A stretch of DNA of 54,549 nucleotides from a virus (taxonomy: Duplodnaviria > Caudoviricetes). The stretch is taken from the IMG/VR virus record IMGVR_UViG_3300020193_000029, positions 1 to 54,549 of that record, one strand, 5' to 3'. Made by a program: the position numbers and the translations under genes. This document shows positions 47,749-54,549 of the stretch, piece after piece (positions within the stretch are counted from its first letter, which is position 1; every line of letters starts with the position of its first letter). Under the pieces are notes generated by a model that saw only the letters and a program-made list of their open reading frames with translations, searched no databases and was not told the DNA's origin.

Positions 47749-48657
47749 ATGGCAATTTCACGCGCACAGTTGCTCAAGGAACTCCTTCCGGGCCTTAATG
47801 CCCTGTTCGGCCTTGAGTACAAGAAGTATGAAGACGAACATGCGGAGATCTACGAGACGGAGAACTCCGAGCGTTCGTTTGAAGAGGAAGTAAAACTTTC
47901 GGGATTCGGCGCTGCGCCGGTCAAGAACGAAGGTTCTGCGATCTCTTACGATAATGCTCAGGAGTCGTTCACGGCTCGTTATAACCACGAAACGATTGGA
48001 ATGGGTTTTGCGATTACGGAAGAAGCCATGGAGGATAATCTCTATGACTCGCTTTCCTCGCGTTACACCAAGGCTCTCGCTCGTGCAATGGCTTACACCA
48101 AACAAGTTAAGGCTGCAAATCCGCTTAATTCGGGTTTCAGTACTTATGAGTCTGGTGACGGCGTTTCACTGTTCAACACCTCACATCCTCTGGTGTCGGG
48201 TGGAGTCAACTCTAACCGTCCGACGGTTGGTGTTGATCTGAACGAAACTTCGCTTGAAGCGGCGGTTATTCAGATTGCGGATTGGACTGACGAGCGTGGG
48301 CTGCTAATCGCTGCCCGTCCTCGTAAGCTTATTGTTCCGCCTGATCTGATGTTTGTGGCTCAGCGCATCCTTGCGACGGAACTCCGTCCGGCGACCGCTG
48401 ACAACGACATCAACGCCGTGAAGTCGATGGGTGTCATTCCTGAAGGGTTCTCTGTGAACCACTACTTGACTGACACGAATGCTTGGTTCTTGATGACTGA
48501 CATTCCAAATGGTATGAAACACTTTGTTCGCGCACCTCTTGAGACGAGCATGGACGGAGATTTCGATACCGGGAATGTGCGGTATAAGGCTCGTGAGCGT
48601 TATTCGTTCGGCGTGTCTGATCCGCTTGGCATCTTTGGATCGCCCGGCGCTTCGTAA
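47749..48657 (+). CDS. Major capsid protein (Mu gpT-like, HK97 fold)
   Basis: MAISRAQL.KEL.PGLNALFGLEY...DG..LF...HP...L.VPP.L...DFDTGN.RYKARERYSFG.SD; strong RBS; terminator downstream. Confidence 0.9.
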   Translation: MAISRAQLLKELLPGLNALFGLEYKKYEDEHAEIYETENSERSFEEEVKLSGFGAAPVKNEGSAISYDNAQESFTARYNHETIGMGFAITEEAMEDNLYDSLSSRYTKALARAMAYTKQVKAANPLNSGFSTYESGDGVSLFNTSHPLVSGGVNSNRPTVGVDLNETSLEAAVIQIADWTDERGLLIAARPRKLIVPPDLMFVAQRILATELRPATADNDINAVKSMGVIPEGFSVNHYLTDTNAWFLMTDIPNGMKHFVRAPLETSMDGDFDTGNVRYKARERYSFGVSDPLGIFGSPGAS

Positions 48658-48668
48658 GAAGCAAACAG

Positions 48669-48698
48669 GAGGGGGTCAAAAGACCCCCTCTTCTTTTT
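48669..48698 (+). terminator. Intrinsic terminator after the capsid gene
   Basis: GAGGGGGTC-AAAA-GACCCCCTC followed by TTCTTTTT. Confidence 0.9.
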
Positions 48699-48787
48699 AT
48701 TTATCCTAGGTTTATTTCCCATATCAGACAGACTAGGCTGACGACATGCAGACGGGTATGGGTATCTCGCATGTGAGGTAATTTAAA

Positions 48788-48979
48788 ATGGCTCAGACTA
48801 CATTCACTGGCCCAGTTAATCTGGGTGTTTTCACGGTTGCTACGGCCCCTACAAGTAATGTCTCTACAGGTTCCGTTGCCTATTTCTCAAATGGTGCTGC
48901 AGGTAGCCCAGTTCTTGCGTTTTACAACGGAACCAACTGGTTGCGAGTAGACACTTTGGCTGCTATTTCTGCTAGCTAA
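48788..48979 (+). CDS. Small virion protein
   Basis: MAQTTFTGPV start; GAGGT RBS. Confidence 0.7.
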   Translation: MAQTTFTGPVNLGVFTVATAPTSNVSTGSVAYFSNGAAGSPVLAFYNGTNWLRVDTLAAISAS

Positions 48980-49034
48980 TATATTATAAATCTATGTAAT
49001 GAAGTATTTAATGCATAAATTGAATATACCAGTT

Positions 49035-49064
49035 TCCGAGGATTTAAAATTTTAAATCCTCGGA
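49035..49064. repeat. Perfect 30-bp spacerless palindrome
   Basis: TCCGAGGATTTAAAA|TTTTAAATCCTCGGA in AT-rich intergenic DNA. Confidence 0.95.
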
Positions 49065-49118
49065 TTTCTGAATAAAATTTTATTTAATGCGTTGAACAAA
49101 GATTAACTGGAGATAAAC

Positions 49119-49520
49119 ATGGCAGATGCAGTTACAAGCCAAACTCTGATCGATAGTGATCGCGTTGCTATCATGAAATTTACAAACATCAGTGACAGCA
49201 CTGGTGAAACTGGCGTGGTTAAAGTTGATGTGTCTGCCCTGTCTGCTCCTGCAGGCAAAGTATGCAGCACAGTATCTATTGACCGCATTTATGCTTCGAC
49301 GGTAGGCATGGGTGTTGACATCCTATGGGATGCCACGGCAGATGTGGTAACAATGACGTTAGGCCCAGATCAGTTTTATGAATATAAGTTTAATGACATC
49401 GGTGGACTGTGGAATAACGCGGGAGCAGGCAAAACTGGAGATGTGTTATTCACTACCGTTGGTGCATCCGCAGGCGATCGTTATACGATCATTCTTTACC
49501 TGAGCAAGAAGTACACCTAA
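49119..49520 (+). CDS. Conserved virion-region protein
   Basis: MADAVTSQT..D..R...MKFTN.SD.TGE..V.KVDVSAL; GGAGA RBS. Confidence 0.75.
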   Translation: MADAVTSQTLIDSDRVAIMKFTNISDSTGETGVVKVDVSALSAPAGKVCSTVSIDRIYASTVGMGVDILWDATADVVTMTLGPDQFYEYKFNDIGGLWNNAGAGKTGDVLFTTVGASAGDRYTIILYLSKKYT

Positions 49521-49879
49521 TGGTCAAAGGCGTTAAGAGACTTCCTTCTGGCGGTATTGAGTATCGCGGTGAGAAGTTTTCAGGATTTAATAAACCTAAA
49601 GATGCGCCTTCTGGTGACACCCATAAAAAGGTTGTACTGGCTAAAAAGGGCGATAAAGTAAAACTTGTTCGGTTTGGGAGGAGAGGATATGGCCATAACT
49701 ACTCGCCGGAAGCGCGAAAAAACTACCTTGCGCGTAGCGCGGGAATCAAAGGCAAGGGTGGGCGCAGCACCGCCAGTGACCCTTTCTCCCCAAATTATTG
49801 GGCAAGGAAAGTTCTTTGGGCGGGTCCTGGCGGCAGCAAAGCAGCGCCTCCAGGTGGCTCTAGATTCCGTAAAAAGTAA
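49520..49879 (+). CDS. Conserved basic phage protein (DUF6321-like)
   Basis: GFNKPK......KK..VLAKKGDKVKLVRFG...R..Y.AR......S.NYWARK.LW. Confidence 0.7.
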   Translation: MVKGVKRLPSGGIEYRGEKFSGFNKPKDAPSGDTHKKVVLAKKGDKVKLVRFGRRGYGHNYSPEARKNYLARSAGIKGKGGRSTASDPFSPNYWARKVLWAGPGGSKAAPPGGSRFRKK

Positions 49880-49885
49880 GTTCTC

Positions 49886-50305
49886 ATGAACAGAGCTAAT
49901 ATGAAACAAGAAGTCATGAAAGCCCCCGCTTCGCCCAAAGCGAAGAGCAAGGTTAAAAAGGTTATGGGTGAGTTCAAACGTGGCAAGCTCAAGTCTGGTT
50001 CTGGCCAAAAGGTCAAGAGCCGTGATCAAGCCATTGCCATTGCCCTATCAGAAGCCCGTGGTGCCATGCAGAGAAAGTATGGCGGCAAGGGAGTTACGAT
50101 GTACGACGATTCGGTAGAGCGTCGTTTTGGTAGTGGAATGGAAGATCCGCGCAAGACGGGAGCCTTTATGCGTAATGCGCGCCGAGATATTGAAAGCGCG
50201 CCAAAGTACACCGAGAAAGAGCGGCAAGCGATGCTTGAAGTAGAGCAAGCCGAGATGGATCGAAAAATGCGAGAAGCCCGTAGAAAGTTCTACGGTCGCC
50301 CTTAA
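49886..50305 (+). CDS. Basic protein with a DUF6496-like motif
   Basis: KVKKVMGEFKRGKLKSGSG.KVKSR.QAIAIALSEA. Confidence 0.75.
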   Translation: MNRANMKQEVMKAPASPKAKSKVKKVMGEFKRGKLKSGSGQKVKSRDQAIAIALSEARGAMQRKYGGKGVTMYDDSVERRFGSGMEDPRKTGAFMRNARRDIESAPKYTEKERQAMLEVEQAEMDRKMREARRKFYGRP

Positions 50306-50319
50306 TAGGAGATAACTAA

Positions 50320-50469
50320 ATGCTTGACTGTCGTGGTATGGGAGCGGTAACCAAGAAAGGCCGCAAGGGACCTGTGGAAGTTGTCAATCGTAAGATGGGC
50401 GGCAAGATGGTTACCGGGTATAAGTACGGAAAGTCCGTTAAGCGCAAGATGAAAGGTAAGAGTTGCTAA
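50320..50469 (+). CDS. 49-aa basic peptide (MLDCRGMGA...), below the ORF-track cutoff
   Basis: AGGAGA RBS, ATG at 50320, TAA at 50467-50469; fills the gap exactly. Confidence 0.65.
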   Translation: MLDCRGMGAVTKKGRKGPVEVVNRKMGGKMVTGYKYGKSVKRKMKGKSC

Positions 50470-50472
50470 AAC

Positions 50473-51189
50473 GTGGCTACTACCGCAACGGCAACATTTA
50501 ACCTAGACCTTAACGCTATTGTCGAAGAAGCCTTCGAGCGTTGTGGGGCGGAACTTAGATCAGGCTACGACCTTCGCACGGCGCGACGTAGCTTGAATCT
50601 TTTGTTTGCTGAATGGGCAAATCGCGGTATCAACCTTTGGACCGTAGAGCAGGGAACTCAAGTTCTTACTCCAGGTACGGCGACTTACAATATTCCAGTA
50701 GATACTGTTGATTTGATTGAGCATGTAATCCGTACTGGAACGGGCAGTAATCAAACTGATATTGATATTAGTCGCATCTCGGTCAGCACTTACGCCTCTA
50801 TTCCAAACAAGACGGCGCAGGGAAGACCTATCCAGGTTTACATTGATCGTAAGTCTGGCGCAACGAGTGCAGCCAGCGTGGTTCAATACCCAACCTTTAC
50901 AGTGTGGCCTGTTCCAGATAGCAGCCAAACGTATACTTTGGTGTATTGGCGTTTACGCCGTATGTTAGATGCAGGCAATGGTGTTAATACGCAAGACATT
51001 CCATTTAGGTTCCTGCCTTGCTTAGTTGCAGGGCTAGCCTACTATATGTCATTAAAGCTGCCCGGGGCTGAGACGCGTATCCCGATGCTCAAGGCAATGT
51101 ATGACGAGGCATGGGGATTGGCTTCGGAAGAAGATCGAGATCGATCTGCAGTTAGGTTTGTCCCCAGACAATCATTCCTGACGAGTTAA
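50473..51189 (+). CDS. Head-tail adaptor / connector protein
   Basis: I.EEAFERCG.E.R.GYDL.TARRSLN....EW.NRG.NLW...WPVPD...P.RF..CL.AGLAYY. Confidence 0.72.
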   Translation: MATTATATFNLDLNAIVEEAFERCGAELRSGYDLRTARRSLNLLFAEWANRGINLWTVEQGTQVLTPGTATYNIPVDTVDLIEHVIRTGTGSNQTDIDISRISVSTYASIPNKTAQGRPIQVYIDRKSGATSAASVVQYPTFTVWPVPDSSQTYTLVYWRLRRMLDAGNGVNTQDIPFRFLPCLVAGLAYYMSLKLPGAETRIPMLKAMYDEAWGLASEEDRDRSAVRFVPRQSFLTS

Positions 51190-51193
51190 CCTT

Positions 51194-51571
51194 ATGCCGG
51201 TACCTTTCGCTTCCGGTAGACATGCAATTGCGATGTGTGATCGCTGCGGGTTTGAATACAAACTCAGCGAACTTAAAGAAGAAGTCATCAAGACCAAGAA
51301 TGTCAATTTATTGGTTTGCGAGGAATGTTGGGACCCAGACCAGCCTCAATTGCAACTCGGGATGTACCCGGTAGAAGATCCTCAGGCTATTCGCAACCCT
51401 CGCCCAGATAACACCTACTACTTTGTAGGAGCCAATGGGGCAGGCGGTAGTCGCGACATCCAGTGGGGATGGAATCCGGTAGGGGGAGCCAGAGCTTGGG
51501 ATAATGGACTAACGCCTAATGATTTGCTGGCGACTGGCTACGTAGGCTCTGTGACAGTTTCTACAACTTGA
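51194..51571 (+). CDS. Conserved Zn-finger-like virion-region protein
   Basis: CDRCGF.Y......VC.ECWD...PQL.......DPQA.R.PRPD. Confidence 0.72.
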   Translation: MPVPFASGRHAIAMCDRCGFEYKLSELKEEVIKTKNVNLLVCEECWDPDQPQLQLGMYPVEDPQAIRNPRPDNTYYFVGANGAGGSRDIQWGWNPVGGARAWDNGLTPNDLLATGYVGSVTVSTT

Positions 51572-51578
51572 GAATGAA

Positions 51579-52235
51579 ATGAACTATTCCCAGTTAAGTC
51601 TAGCCATACAGGAATACTGCCAATCGACGGAAACGTCGTTTGTTGCCAATATTCCTACGTTCATTAAGCAGGCTGAGCAACGGATCTATAATATGATCCA
51701 GTTCCCATCACTGCGTAAGAATGTCACTGGCACGACCACCTCTGGAAATAAGTACCTGGCTTGTCCAGATGACTTCCTTTCGGTGTATTCGCTAGCCCTT
51801 ATCAAGGGTGATGGCAGCTATGAATACCTTCTAAACAAGGATGTCAATTTTATTCGAGAGTCCTATCCGTCGCCTACTGACACGGGGCTTCCCGCCTACT
51901 ATGCATTGTTTGGCCCAAGATCAGATCAGGCGACGGAACTTACTTTTATCCTAGGTCCAACCCCTAATTCGAATTACTCGGTAGAGTTGCATTACTTCTT
52001 CTACCCTGCTTCGATTGTTGATAATGGAACGAGTTGGCTTGGGGATAACTTCGATAGCGTTCTTTTGTACGGCTCACTGGTTGAAGCCTATACCTATCTT
52101 AAGGGTGATCCAGATCTGATGACCCAATATGAGAACAAGTACAAAGAAGCCATCTTGCTTGCCAAGAGACTGGGCGATGGCCTTGAGCGTCAAGATGCTT
52201 ATCGTAGTGGTCAAGTAAGGATACCTGTCGGATGA
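51579..52235 (+). CDS. Head-tail adaptor protein (second)
   Basis: MNY..L...I..Y......FI..AE.RI...P.DFL...GPTP...Y.VELHY...LLYG.LVEA..Y.KG. Confidence 0.72.
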   Translation: MNYSQLSLAIQEYCQSTETSFVANIPTFIKQAEQRIYNMIQFPSLRKNVTGTTTSGNKYLACPDDFLSVYSLALIKGDGSYEYLLNKDVNFIRESYPSPTDTGLPAYYALFGPRSDQATELTFILGPTPNSNYSVELHYFFYPASIVDNGTSWLGDNFDSVLLYGSLVEAYTYLKGDPDLMTQYENKYKEAILLAKRLGDGLERQDAYRSGQVRIPVG

Positions 52236-52522
52236 GTGGATTTAGTGGCGGTATAAGTATTGGTCCAGTAAATGTATTCACGACCCAGAACCGAGGCTTT
52301 ACTCCAGAAGAGATTGCTGAGAGAGCCTTGAATAAGATTATTTCTGTTGGAGAGGAAAGCCATCCTGACATTATCAAGCAGGCAAAAGTCTACAAAGACA
52401 ATATCAGGATGGTCTTGATTAAGTACTTGCGTGAGGCCCAAAGATCCGAGCGAACCACGATCTGTGCAAAGCTCACCATGCAAGGGCATAGTGATTTAGC
52501 AAAGATCATAGGAGAACTTTAA
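52232..52522 (+). CDS. Conserved hypothetical protein
   Basis: V.TT.NRG.TPEE.A......II.V; coupled to both neighbours. Confidence 0.7.
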   Translation: MSGFSGGISIGPVNVFTTQNRGFTPEEIAERALNKIISVGEESHPDIIKQAKVYKDNIRMVLIKYLREAQRSERTTICAKLTMQGHSDLAKIIGEL

Positions 52523-52971
52523 TGGCAATTTCTCAAGCAATGGCGACCAGTTTTAAGGTCGAGATTCTCAACGGCATTCATGCATTCGGAACTTCGGTTA
52601 CCCGAGGTTCAACAACTGCTGACACATTCAAGATTGCACTGTATACCTCATCCGCATCTCTAGGTGCATCAACGACGGCGTACTCTTCAACGAATGAAGT
52701 TTCTGGGACGGGATATTCTGCAGGCGGTAATACGCTGAGTGTATCTCAGGTTCCAACTTCTACTGGCACTACGGCATTTCTAGACTTTGCCGATACGACC
52801 TGGAGTACTGCCACGATTACTGCCAATGGCGCGTTAATCTATAACAGTACTCAAAGCAATAAGGCGGTGGCGGTGTTGGCGTTTGGAGGAGATAAGACTT
52901 CTACCGCTGGAGACTTCACAATTCAGTTCCCGGCTGCGACGTCTTCCGACGCGATTATTCGAATCGCTTAA
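52522..52971 (+). CDS. Putative tail / virion structural protein
   Basis: MAI.QA..TSFK.E.L...FKIALYT...EV.GTGY.AGG..L...GALIYN...FGGDK. Confidence 0.75.
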   Translation: MAISQAMATSFKVEILNGIHAFGTSVTRGSTTADTFKIALYTSSASLGASTTAYSSTNEVSGTGYSAGGNTLSVSQVPTSTGTTAFLDFADTTWSTATITANGALIYNSTQSNKAVAVLAFGGDKTSTAGDFTIQFPAATSSDAIIRIA

Positions 52972-52984
52972 TTGAGTAGCGTCC

Positions 52985-53692
52985 GTGGCCGACGCTAATG
53001 TTGGATTTACAGGCTGGAGTGCCTCTGGCGTAGGCTGGGGCGACCAGGGTTGGGGCGTTGGAAGCGGCTCCAATATTCAGGCTACAGGCGGTGTTGGAAC
53101 TGTCGGAGTTAATGCGACCGCCGTTACAGGCGTTACAGGCGAGACAGTTCTTGCTTCGGTAGGAGAGGAGTTTGTCATTGGCAATGCCAATGTATACCCA
53201 ACTGGGGTATTCGCGACCGGGGAAACTGGAACTGTTGTCATTAATGCGGCAGCTAATGTTTCGCTTACCGGGGTTGAGGCCACTGGGTTTATTGGAACAG
53301 TTATTGTCGATGCTAAAGCAGTTGTTCTTGTTTCAGGCGTTAGCGCAACGGGTCAAACCGGAACAGTCGCGGTAAATGCTTCGGCAATTTCCCCTGTTAC
53401 ATCCGTTACAGGAACTGTTTCCCTCGGAACAATCAGTGTTATTACTAGTAATATTTTCTCTGTTACTGGGGTTCTTGGAACCACTTCCCTGGGTGATGCA
53501 ACCGTTATCGCCAAGGCGGTGGTATCTGTAACAGGAGTTCAAGCTCAAGGGTTCGTGGGGCCATATCTCATATGGGGATTGGTTGATACCACGCAGAATC
53601 CAAATTGGCAAAATATCGGCACTTCACAGACGGCGGCTTGGGGTAATATCTCAACTGCCCAGTCACCTAATTGGACGCAAATTGCTGCGTAG
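52985..53692 (+). CDS. Thr/Gly/Val-rich repetitive tail protein
   Basis: Repeated V.VTGV.ATG..GTV units. Confidence 0.7.
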   Translation: MADANVGFTGWSASGVGWGDQGWGVGSGSNIQATGGVGTVGVNATAVTGVTGETVLASVGEEFVIGNANVYPTGVFATGETGTVVINAAANVSLTGVEATGFIGTVIVDAKAVVLVSGVSATGQTGTVAVNASAISPVTSVTGTVSLGTISVITSNIFSVTGVLGTTSLGDATVIAKAVVSVTGVQAQGFVGPYLIWGLVDTTQNPNWQNIGTSQTAAWGNISTAQSPNWTQIAA

Positions 53693-53702
53693 GGGTAATT
53701 GA

Positions 53703-54549
53703 ATGGCAACTTATAGCAATATCGGCATTAAACTGATTACGACTGGTGACGAAAGCGGCACCTGGGGTACCAGCACGAACACCAACTTTTCGGATGTTTT
53801 GGACGAAGCCATTGCCGGTGCGGTCACGTATAACATTTCAAGCGACGCAGATTTCACTTTAACGGTATCCGATGGCACATCAAGCGATGCCCGTCATGCG
53901 GTTATTAAGTTTACCTCAACGACCCTTACGACTACCCGCGTTGTCACATTTGCACCTAATACTCTTCAGAAGACCTGGGTGGTCATTAACGCTACGACTG
54001 GTGGGCAGTCTCTTACCTTCAAGCAGGGTAGCGCAGGTGGCACCGTAACGGTTCCTAATGGGGAAAGCGCAATCATTTACTCCGATGGTGCTGGTGGAAC
54101 TAACGGTGCAGTTGTTCGAGTCCTCGATAGCTTTACCAATACCAAAATTACAACCGGTACACTAAATGCGACCACGCTTGATCTGACCAACCTTGAAGTT
54201 ACCAACATCAAGGCGAAAGACGGCACTGCCGCCCTGACGATTGCCGATTCGACGGGCAAAGTCACGGTCAGTACAGAACTTGCCGTAGATAACATCAACG
54301 TCTCTGGCAACGCGATCACCTCGACCAACGCAAACGGTAACATCGACCTCACGCCAAACGGTACAGGCGAAGTCAACATTACAAAGGTGGATGTTGACTC
54401 TGGCACGATCGACGGCACGACCATCGGCGGCTCTACGGCAGCGGCAGGATCGTTCACGACCTTGACCTCCTCAAGCACCGTCACAATGAACGGCGGCACC
54501 GCCAACGGCGTCCTGTACCTGAACGGCAGCAAGGTGGCGACGAGTGGGA
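53703..54549 (+). CDS. Tail fibre protein, N-terminal part (runs off the right edge; absent from the ORF track)
   Basis: ATG at 53703 (MATYSNIGIKLITTGDESGTWGTSTNTNF...), apparently open to 54549; ends ANGVLYLNGSKVATSG. Confidence 0.8.
   Translation, partial: MATYSNIGIKLITTGDESGTWGTSTNTNFSDVLDEAIAGAVTYNISSDADFTLTVSDGTSSDARHAVIKFTSTTLTTTRVVTFAPNTLQKTWVVINATTGGQSLTFKQGSAGGTVTVPNGESAIIYSDGAGGTNGAVVRVLDSFTNTKITTGTLNATTLDLTNLEVTNIKAKDGTAALTIADSTGKVTVSTELAVDNINVSGNAITSTNANGNIDLTPNGTGEVNITKVDVDSGTIDGTTIGGSTAAAGSFTTLTSSSTVTMNGGTANGVLYLNGSKVATSG

Noticed and set aside
48738-48780. CTGACGA as a hammerhead ribozyme core
   Set aside because: The required downstream GAAA and the three-stem arrangement were not found.
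1-54549. Integrase/CI lysogeny module, DNA polymerase, tRNA genes, stop-codon recoding
   Set aside because: No tyrosine or serine recombinase, polymerase or cloverleaf motifs were recognised by eye, and genes are full length under the standard code. A tRNAscan and HMM run would be needed to exclude them formally.

Overview
The window looks like a complete or nearly complete ~54.5 kb tailed-phage genome (podovirus-like), opened inside a tail-fibre gene: the ORF starting at 53703 runs off the right end and joins in frame with positions 1-947. Layout: tail fibre and lysis genes (1-3.3 kb); a tail tubular protein, three probable ejection proteins and a 2172-aa LPD38-type polyvalent protein (3.4-19.4 kb); recombination/replication genes (SSB, Sak-like annealing protein, PD-(D/E)XK exonuclease, RusA-like resolvase, primase-helicase; 19.7-26.5 kb); a long leftward block of small early genes including an amidoligase and a class II glutamine amidotransferase (26.3-36.9 kb); a control region (36.9-39.5 kb); then terminase, portal, GroES, scaffold, capsid and head-tail genes (39.6-54.5 kb). 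I saw no DNA polymerase, integrase, tRNA or CRISPR array. Two unexplained signals stand out. One is a ~600-nt, densely base-paired non-coding element directly downstream of a near-consensus sigma70 promoter at the head of the early operon. The other is a 17-bp palindrome (TCATAACA-N-TGTTATGA) in 8 copies that flanks that promoter and sits between successive early genes. All product calls come from motif recognition by eye; no database searches or folding programs were run.
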